From: Eledone cirrhosa
Lineage: Eukaryota
Direction of reading: 5' to 3'
Length of the DNA: 64,000 bases
Assembly: GCA_964016885.1 (NCBI GenBank)
Contig: OZ024743.1
Span: 169,384,001 to 169,448,000 of the forward strand
Numbering within the stretch: position 1 is the first letter of the stretch; each line of letters opens with the position of its first letter. This document shows positions 37,745-50,165 of the stretch, in pieces. A program made the position numbers and the translations under genes. Under the pieces are notes generated by a model, which searched no databases, was not told where the DNA came from, and saw nothing but the letters and a program-made list of their open reading frames with translations.

Positions 37745-40700
37745 GGTTTCTTTATTGGCCACAAGGGCTAACACGAATAAAAACATTATAGACGGCACAG
37801 AACAGTACAGGACGATACAAAGTGGGTTTTGGTCGTGTAAACAGGTTATAACAAAATTGGGTTAGAAATCCAAAAGTTGAAACAACAAAAATTCCCCCAA
37901 AAGGGAGAAACTTCCGAGGGTCACTCGTGGCAAAAACCACACAAAAAGGCCACGGCCACCCTGACCACCAGGGCAAGCGCCCTCTCTCAGTTTTCCCACT
38001 CGTCAGTCTACAGGTACATACTCAGAGCGGTCCCATTCACTCGGACCAGACTCGCTACATTCACCCACCTTTCAACAAACTTACTAGAAGACAGCACTTG
38101 ACTCTCCACCCTGATTTTCCTCTTCAAGTGAAACTTGAAAAAGTTAATCTGGGATTGGCCGAAGAGGAAAGTGTCCGTCTTCAACCCTTTCAACCTTGTC
38201 CACCACACAATCTCTTTCGCCATGGCTACCAGGCAGATGAAAACTGCCTGCCCTTTCTCCCCTTTAAAGGAGGATGTCGGGGCTATCTGCACAATGGAAT
38301 CAGTCGATAACCGGATCCGTCGTACATGCGACAGCAACTGTTCGACATATCCCCACCAAGTCAGCAATCCTCAGGCACTGAACGAGTGCGTGCAGGACGG
38401 TTTCGTCACCCTGCGCTCATCTCGGACAGGCTCAGCTGACAGCACCTCCGTGCGTGTAGAGTTTATCTCGAACCGGCAACGCTTCCCGGTAGCACTGCCA
38501 AGACAGGGATTTCTGGAAGTTGTCCATAGACCCTGGTCTGAAAGCTCTCTTGAAGAGAGCGAACAGCTGATCGTCTTCGACGCCCAGAGTCTCCCCGAGA
38601 GCGTCGTCGCTCTTTCCCTCCACTAGCCCTCTATAGAACGCCGAGGTAAATGTTCCACCGATACTAATGCCCAGCTGGTAGAGGGCAATGAGCGCTTGGA
38701 GACAATCCAGCTTCCAAGCGCTATCCCTCGGTCTTTTCCTGATCCAGGAGTGCAGCTCCGTGAAGGAGACAAGCTGGGGAAAAACACGTCTGGCAAAAGG
38801 CAACCACACCAGTTCACCGTTAAGGAAGCACCAGAGATGTCGCAGCCTCAGCGCATGTTTGCGCATCATCAGCCACGGTATGCCTAGTCCTTCACGCAAC
38901 GGGTGTTCACAGCAAATGGATCGTCTGACCATGGGAGAACGTCCCTTCCACAAAAAGCGGAAGAGTAGGCGCTCCATTTTGATCAGAGTTGGGCGGAGAC
39001 AAGTTACGACGGTCAGGCGGTAGCAGATGACGGACGCTATGTACGAATTCGCCACCTCCGCCCGCCAATTCAGAGACAGCCTCCTCTCGGCCCATTTCTG
39101 GGTGGTGAGAGAGGCCACCCTGCTCGTCGCCTCGCTCCTGTTTTTGTCCATCTGGAGGTCCGGAGCGAACCAGACCCTGAGCAATTTAACCTGTACTTCC
39201 GTCCAGTGCCCCGCGACGCAGCCGGATGGCATGGACTTTCCTCTCCAGGTGCCGAGTTGCAAGCCCACCGACTTTTCCTGGTTTATATTTGCTACTGTCA
39301 CCGCTTCGTATTCCTTGAGAGCGGTGCCGAGTATCTGGACGTGTTTGGTGCTCGACACCACCACGGTGACGTCGTCGGAATAAGCTGACACGGATCTCCC
39401 GCATCCCAATTCGCGTGGGACACCCCTCATCATCTCTAATTTGTGCAGTAACGGCTCTATGGCCAGTACGTACAAAGGGGACAAGAGGGGGCAACCCTGG
39501 CGGACCGAGTGCATGATGCTGAAAGGCTGCGACAGGTGACCATTCACCCTCACAATCGAGCAGATGTCGCTGTGCATCGCAGTGATCCAGCCCCTGAAAA
39601 CGGGCCTAAAGCCGGCCGCCTCGGGGGCCGCAGCCAGGTACCGATGGTCGACACTATCAAATGCTTTAGATTGATCAAAGTTGATCAAGGCCCCACCCGT
39701 GCCAGGTTCCTTAACCACCCTCTGTATGATGTATCGCATGAGATGAAGGTTGTCGTGGATGGATCTGTTCAGAATGGCGCACGTCTGCGCCTTTCCTGCC
39801 AGATCACCGACGACGATCGCCAATCTCTTTGCTAAGACCTTGGCCAAAATCTTAAACTCTGCGTTTAGCAGAGTTATGGGCCTGAAGTTGTCTATAACGT
39901 CCCCCTTATTCGGGCCTTTTTCTCAGCAGCGCCACCGCTCCCCGGCTCACAAAACTGGGAATGCTCCCGTTCTGCTGCCAATTGCAGTAGACACCTGCTA
40001 AGAGGTCACCGAAGAAGTCTGGCATATACGCATACAGCTCGTAGGGCAGACCATCCAAACCTGGCGATTTACCCCTCGTGCAGTTAGACATCGCTTCCCG
40101 TATTTCACCTGCTGTTACCGGCTTTTCGCAGCACTGCGCTGCGGTCGTCGAGAGCGGCGGTAGTCCGCGGCAGTATGCACTGAAATCCATACTCCGATCC
40201 GGCCCAACGCCGCTCTCGAACAATTGAGCAAAGTGCTGTTGGAAAGCGGCACACATCTGCTCGTGTTCGAGCAACATGCGCCCGTTTTGATCAGGCAAAG
40301 ACAGAATTGTGGACTTGTTGCCACGTCGCGCCTCCACCACCCAAGCCCATTGACGGCTTTCGTCCCCTCGTGTCTTAGAGTACGCGCTCTAGCTCTGACA
40401 ACGCAGCCTTCATGCTTTGCGTTGAAGAATTGGTCTAGTGCCAATCTCGCCGCAAGCACGTCGGTTGCGGTGCCTGTCCTGAACGCATCTTCTAGCTTTC
40501 TAACTAACTCTCTGTCGCTGTATATCCTCTTGGTAACCGACCCTCTGAAATCTCCAACTGCGTTGGGGTATTTTTCTTTTTATATTTGTAATGTTCTATT
40601 TTTATTTCATTGATGTTTAGGTTTGTCGGGAGAGTTCTTGGTGTTGGTGGGGTTGAGTAGTTTTTTTCTCTGATGTCTGTGTACTGCTTTATATGTTGTA

Positions 40701-42586
40701 AGAGTTCTTTATTTTCCATGTTTATGGCTTTTGTGGGGAGGGGTGATTTTGTTGTTGTTTTCTTGTTGTTGCTGTTGGGTGTGTGTGTTTTGTTGCGTTT
40801 GCGATATTGGTGTTTTTGGTGATGCTGGTGGTGGTGTGGTTGTTGTTGGTGGTGATGCTTGTGGTGGTGATGGTAATGGTGGTGGTGTTGCTGCAAGTCT
40901 CCTTGCAGCCTTTACCCCTCTTTGTCTGCCTTCACTTTTGGAGGGTGAAGCTAAGGGGTTTTTCCTTTTTTGTTTTTTGTGGCAGACCGTTTGCTACTTC
41001 CCTCCCACCTCATACACCATGTCAGATTCCGTGGTGTCTGGGAGGGGTATGGGCTCCACTGCTGTTGGTGGTGGTAGTGGGGCCCGCTCCGGCGATTTTA
41101 CCGCCGGTGTAGCTATTGCGACTGTTTGTGTTGCCGCCACTGCTGCCGCTGCTTTAGTTGTCCGTGGCCATGGTATGGGTGCCACGGACGTTGCCCTCCT
41201 ACTCACCATGGAATGGTCTTCTGCCTCTGTTGCTGGACTGCTCTTGGTAGCAGCGTATCAGGCGTCGGAAGGTGGGGGGCTCTCTTCTTGGCTGTCTTCT
41301 GCTGGAAGAAGGCCCTGAAGAGATAGCACTTTGGGCGCCTTCCTTCCACGCTTCTAGGGAGTTCGAGCCCTTCTTCGAGGTCTATGATGTCTGGGATGGC
41401 CTTGATGCACTCCTGGTCAGTCTGTATTAGCATTCGCATGCCTATTCCTGACCAGTTCTCTCTTCCCCTTCTCTGTATTTGCAGTATGGTGGTCTTCTCC
41501 TCGATTCCAGCCAGTACAGACGTGGCCAGCCAAGGTATTGGCACATCGGGCGGGACCTGGGTCACTTTGACCCTCACAATTTTCTGCCCGCAATAGGAGG
41601 CCACCAAGACTATCTCCTCACTCTTTAGGGTTTCCAAAGAGTGAGATTTCGCCTCTTGGGGGGTGGCGAAATGTACGTCTACTGTGGCGTCCTTGTTGCC
41701 TCGGGTGATGTGGGTTTTGCGCGCCCAGACGCACCCCAAGGCCTTTTGGATTTGAGCCTCCGTGGCTCTCTCGACCCGATGTGACATTTTGCTTACGGTG
41801 CGGTAAGTACCCGTGCGCAGCTACTGATTTTTTGAAGAAATCGGGTGGAGGTTTCAGGGAAACTATTGTTTCTCGACACCATGGCTCTTACGACTGCCAT
41901 CTCCTCCTCCGTGACTAGCACTGTCTGTATATTTCGGGCCACACCTGCGAAAGAAGTGATCCCTTTTTCAGCGGCAGCATTATTGCTGCCGCTACTGCTG
42001 CTACTGGTCTTGTTGGTGCTGTTGCTGTTGCTACTGCTACAAACGGTGTTGTTGTTGTTGTTGCTGTTATCACTGTTGTAGTTGGTTGTGTTTTTGGTGC
42101 CACCGTTGTAGTTGTTTTCGGTGCAATTTGTATTGTTGCTGTTGGTGTTGTTGTTTATTTTCTTGTTAGTGGTGTTAATATCGTTGTTGCATTTTTTGTC
42201 ATTTTTTTCTGTTGTCTGTATTTTGGTTGACGCTGTTATTGTAGTTGGTGTGCTAATTTTTTTCAAAATTAGTGTTCTCAGAGTTGTCTTTGTTCACGTT
42301 GTTTGTGGTGGTATTTGTTGTATGAATTTTACTAATCCTCCTCTGAACTTTTACGCCATTGTCACACGACAGCAGACATATTGCTTGGGGGCATGGCTCA
42401 AAAGTAAAATGTGCAAATATTGTTCAAATATTTGAGCCAAAAGGCCCAAATATTATACTTTCCCCTTCACAGGGCAAAGTCCAAGGGTTTATATCCCTTA
42501 CACAACAAGAAAAATTAACAACAAATAATTTTAACAGGCAAATAAAGCGACTTACTGGGAGCAAGCAAAATACGTCCGATTAGACC
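37745..42586 (-). mobile_element. Tx1/L1-clade LINE with both ends; APE domain deleted (T7)
   Basis: ORF1 ATG about 42359; junction near 40510 skips to ORF2; RT ORF 38432-39847 (AYSDD). Confidence 0.9.
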
Positions 42587-42595
42587 AATAATAAT

Positions 42596-42690
42596 AATTG
42601 TTTCTACTTTTGGCACAAGGCCAGCAATTACCAGTGTATTACTGGTACTTTATTTTATCGACCCCATAAGGATGAAAGGCAAAGTTAACC
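42596..42690 (-). mobile_element. 5'-truncated SINE with target-site duplication
   Basis: TAGACCAATAATAATAAT at 42581 and 42691. Confidence 0.85.
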
Positions 42691-42720
42691 TAGACCAATA
42701 ATAATAATAATAATAATAAT

Positions 42721-45180
42721 GCTTTCTTTATTAACCACAAGGGTTGACACAAAGTAAAACATTAAGGACAGTACAGGACAATACAGGACGGTACAAATGG
42801 GCATTTCTGCGTGTAAAAAAAACAAAAAAACAGAGGATGTAAAAAAAAAGTAAACAATGACAAATTCCCCAATAGGGGGAGGGGGGAGAAACTTCCGAGG
42901 GTCGCTTGTGGAGAAAGCCCACATAAAAAGCCATGGTTATCCTGACCACTAGGAGAAGTGCTCTCTTCCAGTTTTCCTCCCACTGGCACACGCTCATGGT
43001 AGGTCCATTCACACAGGCCATTGTTGCCTCTCTCATCCACTTTTCAACAAACTGGCTGGAAAGCAGCACTTCCCTCTCCAACCTGATTTTCCTTTTCAGG
43101 TGAAACCTGAAAAAGTTAGTGAGGGCGTCACCGAAGAGGAAAGTACCCGTCTTCAACCCTTTCAGACGTGTCCACCATACGATCTCTTTTACCATGGCCA
43201 CCAAGCAGATAAAAACTGCCTGCCCTTCCCGGCTAAAGGAAGGCGGCGCCGCAATTCTCACGATGGACTCAGCTGATAGCCGGATCAGTTCTACACAGGA
43301 CACCAGGTATTCGACATAAACCCAGAAGTCATCAATGCTCGGACACTGGACGAGTGCGTGCAGGACGGTTTCATTGCCCTGCATGCATCTCGGACAGGCC
43401 CGGCTGACGGCACTTCAATGCCTGTAGAGTTTATCCCAAACTGGCAAGGCTCCTCGGTAGCATTGCCAGACCAGGTATTTCTTGAAGCCCCGGCCCGAAA
43501 GTTCTGCCGAAGAGATTGGCTAGTTGGTTTTCGTCGGCGCCCAAGACGTCATCTCTCTTTCCCTCCACTAACCCTATATAGAACGCCAAGGTGGAGTTTC
43601 CACCGATCGTATTGCCCGACTGGTCGAGGGTTATAAACGCCTGAAGACATTCCAGTCTCCAAGCGCTGCTCTCGGTCCTTCTCTGGATTGACCCAGGACT
43701 GCAGCTCCGTCAAGGAGACGAGCTGGGGAAACACGCGTCTAGCAATGGGCGACCACACCTGATCACCGTTGAGGAAGAGATGGAGATGCCGTAGCCTGAG
43801 CGCATGTCTGCGCATCATCAGCCACGGCATGTTTTGCGTTCGACACCACTACTGTGACGTCGTATGAATATGCTCACGCGGTTTTTCCGCATCCCATTTC
43901 GAGCGGGACCCCATCAACGTCTCAAGCTTGTGCAGTAATGGCTCGAGGGCCAATACGTACAATAGGGACGAAAGAGGACATCCTTGGCGGACCAAGCGCA
44001 CAATGTTGAACGGTTCCTAAAGGTGGCCGTTCACTCTCACCACAGAGCAGATGTTGCTGTGCATGGCAGCGATCCAGCCTCTAAAGACAGGCCCAAAGCC
44101 AGCCGCCCTCAGGACTGCCGCCAGATAACGATGGTCAACCCTATCGAAAGCTTTCGGCTGATCTAAATTGCTCAAGGCCCCACCCGTGCCAGGTTCCCTA
44201 GCTACCCTCCCCACGATGTCTCCCATGAGGTGGAGGTTATCTGTCTGGAATGATGCATATCTGCGCCTCTCCCACCAGACCATGGACGACAATCGCCAAC
44301 CTCTTTGCTAGCACTCTTTGCTAGCACTCTGTGTTTAGCAGAGTTATGGGCCTGAAATTATTTATGTTATCCCCCTTGTTCGGATCATTTCTTAGCAACG
44401 CCACTGCTCGACGGCTCACAGAGCTGGAAGTTCTCCTGTTCTGCTGCCAGTTGCAGTAGACGTCCGCCAAGAGGTCTCCGAACAAGTCTGGCATATGTAC
44501 GTAAATTTCGTAGGGTAGACCATCCAAACCAGGCGATTTACCCATTGTGCAGCCAGTCATTGCCTCCCGTACTTCAGCAGCTGTTATCGGCTTTTCGCAA
44601 CACTCCGCCTTAGTGGCCGAGAGCCGCGGCAATCCGTCGAGGTAGGCACTAAAGTCCTGCCCTCGAACTGCTGAGCAAAGTGTCGCTGAAAAGCCGCACA
44701 TATCTAGTAGCATGCGCCCGTTGTGGTCCACCAAAGACCTGATCTTGGCTTTGTTGCCACGACGCGTCTCCGCTACCCGGGCCCATTGAACGGCTTGTCT
44801 GAGAGCACGCACCCTAGCTCTGACAACGCAGCATACGTGCTTTGCGTTGACAAATTCGTCGATAGACAATTTCGGCGCAAGCATGTCGATCGCGATGTCT
44901 TTTCTAAGCGCCTCGTCTAATTTGCTAACTAGTTATCCCTCTGCTCTATTTTTCTTTATTACTAACGCCTTAATAAACCTACTGGAGTCTATTCTAATCG
45001 CTCTTTTCAGGGCAAACCACCATTTGTTGTTGACGATGGCCCCCGTCAACGCTCGCTTAACTATCCGGGACGATTGGAGATGTGTAGTCGTCGAAAATGA
45101 GTGCGAATGTCCGTGCCTCCGAGATTCTGGTCTCGCTGATGGCCACCACATCTGTGTTTAGCAACCTGAAATCGTTGAGC
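42721..45180 (-). mobile_element. Tx1/L1-clade LINE ORF2 remnant with several deletions (T8)
   Basis: KSPGLDG, NFRPITLLN, KAFDRV, CCHC; (AAT)n on both sides. Confidence 0.88.
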
Positions 45181-45194
45181 ATAATAATAATAAT

Positions 45195-45686
45195 AATTGT
45201 TTCTACTTTTGGCACAAGGCCAGCAATTACTCAGTGCATTACTGGTACTTTATTTTATCGACCCGACCCCGTAAGGATGAAAGGTAAAGTTAACCTCGAC
45301 GGGATTTGGACTCAGAATGGCAAGGACCGTAACTCTATGCTGCAGAGCATGGTATCCGACCCTCTACCGATACTGCCAATCCACCGCCATAATAAATAAT
45401 AATAATAATAATAATAATATTAATAATAATAATAATTATAATGATAATTGTTTCTACTTTTGGCACAAGGCCAGCAAATTACCCAGTGCATTACTGGTAC
45501 TTTATTTTATCGACCCCGTATGGATGAAAGGCAAATTTAACCTCGGCGGGATTTGAAATCAGAATGGCAAGGGTCGTAACTCTATGCGTGAAAACATGGT
45601 GTCCGACCTTCTACCGATACTGTCAATAATAATAATTGTTTCTACTTTAGGCGCAATGCCAGCAATTATCCCAGTGTATTCCTGGT
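45195..45686 (-). mobile_element. Three tandem SINE copies (45195-45388, 45446-45625, 45634-45686) separated by (AAT)n
   Basis: Same head, core and tail as 25704-25891. Confidence 0.85.
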
Positions 45687-45704
45687 AATATTAATAACAA
45701 CAAT

Positions 45705-48700
45705 GATTTCTTTAATGGCCAAAAGGAGAAAAACATACAGACGGCACAGAACGATACAAAGTGGGGTTTGGCCGTGTAAAAAGGTTACATCAAGATAGAA
45801 ATGTGTAAAAACAAATTTAAAAATTCAAACAACAAAAATTCCCCCAAAAGGGGAAGCCTCCGGGGGGTCACTCGTGGCGAAAACCACACAAAAGACCACG
45901 GCCACTCCTCAGTCTACAAGCGCATACTCAGAACGGGCCACTCACTCGAACCAGATTCGCCACTTTCACCCACCGTTCAACAAACTTACTCGAAGATAGC
46001 ACTTGCTTCTCCATCCTGATTTTCCTCAAGTGAAATTAGAAATAGTTAATCAGGGGTTCGCCGAAAGGGAAAGTCTCCGTCTTCAACACTTTCAATCTTG
46101 TCCACCACACAATCTCTTTCGCCATGGCCACCAGGCAGATGAAAACTGCCTTCCCTTCCTTCTTTTTAAAGGAGGATAGCGGAGCCATCTGCACAATGGA
46201 CTCAGTCGATAACCAGATCATTCCTACACGCGACAGCAACTGTTAGACATAGCCCCACAAGTCAGCAATTCTCGGGTACTGAACGAGTGCGTGCAAGATG
46301 GTTTCATCGCCCTCCGGGCATGTCGGACAGGCTCGGCTGACAGCACCTCCGTGCCTGTAGAGCTTATGCCGAACCGGCAATGCTCCCCGGTAGCACTGCC
46401 AGGCCATAGTGGAAGTTGTCCATACGCCCCGGGCTGAAAGTTCTCTTGAAGAGAGCGAAGAGCTGATCGTCTTCGACGCCCAGGGTCTCCCCGAGAACGT
46501 CGTTGCTCTACCCTTCCACTAGCCCTCTAGAAAACGCCGAGGTGGATGTTCCACCGATATCAGTGCCCAGCTGGTAGAGGGCGGTGAGCGCTTGGAAACA
46601 TTCCAGCTTCTAAGCGCTATATCTCGGTCTTTTCCTGATCCAGGACTGCAGCTCTGGAGAACGTCCCTTCCACAAAAGAACGGAAGAGAAGGTGCCCCAT
46701 TATGGTCAGCAGATGACGGATGCGATGTACGCATTCGCCATCTCCGCCCGACATTTTAGAGACAGCTTCCTCTCTGCCCATTTCTGGGTGAGAGAGACCA
46801 CCCTGCTCGTCACCTCGCTCCAGTTTTTTCCATCTGGAGGTCCGGACCGAACCAGACCCCGAGCAATTTAACCGGTCCTTCCGTCCATCTCCCCACTACG
46901 CTGTCGGACGGCATGAACTTGTCTCTTCAGGTGCCGAGTTGCAAGCCTACCGACTTTTCTTGGTTTATCTTTGCTCCTGTCACAGCTTCGTATTCCTTGA
47001 GAGCGGTGCCAAGCATCTGGACGTGTTTGGTGTTCGACACCACCACGGTGACGAGATTGGCGTACGCCGACACGGACCTCTTGCATCCCAGTTAGCGTGG
47101 GACACCCCTCATCTCTCCAAATTGTGCAGTAACGGCTCGAGGGCCAGTACGCACAAGAGGGACGAGAGGGGATAACCCTGGCGACAGAGCGCATGATGCT
47201 GAATGGCTGCAACAGGTGACCATTCACCCTCACAATCAAGCAGATGTCGCTGTGCATCGAGCGTTCCAGCCCCTAAAAACGGGCCCGAAGCCAGCCGCCT
47301 CGAGGAACTGTGGTCGACCCTATCAAATGCTTTAGATTGATCCAAGTTGATCAGGGCCCCACCCGTGCCAGGTTCCTTAACCACCCTCTCTACGATGTAT
47401 CGCATGAGATGGAGGTTGTCGTGGATGGATCTGTCTGGAGTGGCGCATGGCTGCACCTCTCCCACCAGTTCACCAATCTCGTTGCTAACACCTTGGCCAA
47501 AATCTTGAAATCTGCGTTTAACAGAGTTATGGGTATGAAGTTGTCTATAACGTCCCTCTGGTTCGGATCTTTTCTCAACAGCGCCACCGCTCCCGGCTTA
47601 CAAAACTGGGAATGCTCCAGTTCTGCTGCCAGTTGCAGTAGACCTATGCCAAGAGGTCTGGCATGTACGCATAAAACTTTCGTCCCTTCGTGTCTTAGAG
47701 CACGTGCTCTAGATCTGACAACGCAGACTTCATGCTTTGCGTTGAAGAATTGGTCGAGTGCCAGTCTCGCCGCTAGCACGTCGGTTGCGATGGCTGACCT
47801 AAACGCCTCTTCTAACTTTCTAACTAGCTCTCCCTCTACTCTATTTTCCTCTATCGCTACTCTTTTGCTAAACCTTATCGATTCCACTCTAATTGCCCTT
47901 TTCAGGTTAAACCACCACCTGTTGTTGACGATCGCACCCGTCAACGCACGCTTAACTAATTTGCTTATCCCAGTCTCTGTAAGTTTTGCGCGACGGGAAA
48001 GACGCCTATGAAGTCTAGGTCGACTTCACAGATCACAAATTTGTGGTCCGTGTAGTCGACTACCTTAAAATGTGGACAGCCTACACTAGCCTTATCTGTT
48101 TCCCTACAGAATACCCTACCTAGATACGATCTGGATAACCCGATGCGGTTTGCCGATGTCCACATTGGCACATTCGGATAATCCAGTCGATACCTGTCAA
48201 ACAATTCAAAACGTTTGAGCAGGTTGGTGAGGTTTTTACATCCTCCTCCCCTATTTACTAGCCCCACATAATCCCAGCGTTCATCTAAGATACCGTTCTT
48301 TAGTGTTAAAGAGCGTGACGTTCCCAGAAAGGTCTCTAGACGTCTGAAGAAATCTGGCCGTCCTGCCCCTGCTGGGGCGTAGACGGCTACTAGCCTGAAA
48401 GCATTGCCTCGTTGCCGGTCACTTCCAGCACCACCGACTTACCTTCTGGATCCAGGAAGATGGTCCATATCGCAAGATTTAAGCCTCTCCTAAAAAGCAC
48501 AGCAACTCCGACCCGTCCCCCCACCCCGCTCTCGGACGGCTGGGAGATGCGTATACATCGTAGCCGTCGAACATCGGTGCGAAGTCTCGTGCTTCGGAAA
48601 TTTTGATTTCGCTGATGGCCACCACATCTATGTTTAGTAACCTGAGAACGTTAAGCAGATGACCCTGCTTCCAAGATGACTTCAGGCAACGTACATTTAT

Positions 48701-48850
48701 ACTGCCTATTCGAAGTAAGGCCATGTTGGGTGAGGAATGGGGTAAGTGAGAAAGGATCACCTACCTTGATCGTCCCTTTAGCTACTCATGGGTGTCTCCA
48801 AGATAATGTACGTGTATATTCTCATGGTAACCGACCCTCTGAAGTCTCCT
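45705..48850 (-). mobile_element. Older Tx1/L1-clade LINE truncated in ORF1 (T9)
   Basis: MALLRIGSINVR at 48724, YTDH, DQSKAFDRV; many indels. Confidence 0.88.
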
Positions 48851-49464
48851 CTTGAAATATCAAGTGAAATTGAGGAATTAAAACTTCATATTGTTAATGA
48901 AATAATTACTAACAAACTACGGTGAAGAGTCTGTAACTCCCCCTCCTTCCCTTTCTTTCATTACTTAATTTCTTTTTTCTTTTTCTTTTCCTTTTTCTTT
49001 TTCGTTTCCTTATTGCCATTTATAGTGTACATATAAATTTTGTTTTTAAGAAGCCCATGGCTGTGGGTTGCAAGAAGGCATCATTTTATTTTGGATGATA
49101 ATCTCGAAGGAGTTGTGGTGTTGGGTAAATGCTGTCTAGTTTGTTGGAATGGGCGATTTTCTCCAATCATTGTACATAGTGTTGTTTTGCCTGAAACTCC
49201 TATACTTTCCCACTAACCACCATCACCACTATATATAATTAAGATACCTAATCAATTAGCCTAACGAGTTATTTTGAACCATTTATGTGTCTCCACTCCT
49301 TAATTGCTTCCTGGAGTTTAGGTTTCAATAAACAGTGTAATGTGTATCTTTTTCCCAATGAAATAACAGCTACAAGTAACTAAATAGTTCATCAATAGAA
49401 AAATAGTATCAATATCACTGACTACTGAAATATAAATCTCTCTCTGTTTTTCAGATATGTCCTT

Positions 49465-49473
49465 GTGTGTATG

Positions 49474-49508
<35 letters not shown>

Positions 49509-49517
49509 ATGTTTATT

Positions 49518-49588
<71 letters not shown>
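49465..49588. repeat. Compound (TA)n/(TG)n microsatellite
   Basis: Direct reading. Confidence 0.95.
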
Positions 49589-49589
<1 letters not shown>

Positions 49590-49688
49590 CTTATTTTGGG
49601 GTCTCAATATAGTAAACTTGGAATTTATTTATGATAAAAACTGTATAAACATGATATTATTTGCAGTAACAATAACAATATTAAAAAT

Positions 49689-49773
49689 AATTGTTTCTAC
49701 TTTTGGCACAAGACCAGCAATTACCAATACATTACTGGTACTTTATTTTATCGACCCCGTAAGGATGAAAGGC
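49689..49773 (-). mobile_element. 5'-truncated SINE
   Basis: Tail and core match the other copies. Confidence 0.8.
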
Positions 49774-50055
49774 GTCCGGCCGCTTCTTCTTCGCACCGGT
49801 CACCGTCGAGACCTCAGGCGTACTTGGATCCTGTACTGCCGAGCTCCTCCACAAGATCGGAGCACGTCAGCTGAATGTCTGAGAAGGGAGCCCCGCGAGG
49901 TCGGGTGGCTGTTGCAGCGGGTGTCACTAGCCATCGTCCGCGGGGCACAGCACTTCTGCCCTCTTTCTCTAGGCCCAAAGCCCAATCACCATTCCCTTCA
50001 CCCTTCCCCTCTCTTCTGCGACATCAGAGCTCTTGCCATCCCCTTCCCTTCCCGT
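49774..50055 (+). mobile_element. CRE-like LINE 3' end
   Basis: FAPVTVETSGVLG..ELLHKIG..REPREVGWLLQRVSLAIVRG resembles the CRE-clade C-terminus (FxPxAxETxG..QRxSxAxxRGN); followed by (TAA)n. Confidence 0.7.
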
Positions 50056-50165
50056 TAATAATAATAATGACGACTATGATGACGGCAATAATAACAAAGG
50101 TGAAACAAAAAGAAAAGAAGAATATGGAAATATAGAGAAAAAAGGGAGAAAGAAAGAAGAAAAAG

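Noticed and set aside
48850-49460. AT-rich unique-looking stretch (also 53360-54130 and 61500-62030)
   Set aside because: No ORF, repeat or motif I can support.
49465-50058. 197-aa ORF and similar ORFs (1779-2114, 4672-4923, 27953-28291, 54250-54735, 63297-63770)
   Set aside because: Translations of microsatellites, SINEs or antisense transposon sequence.
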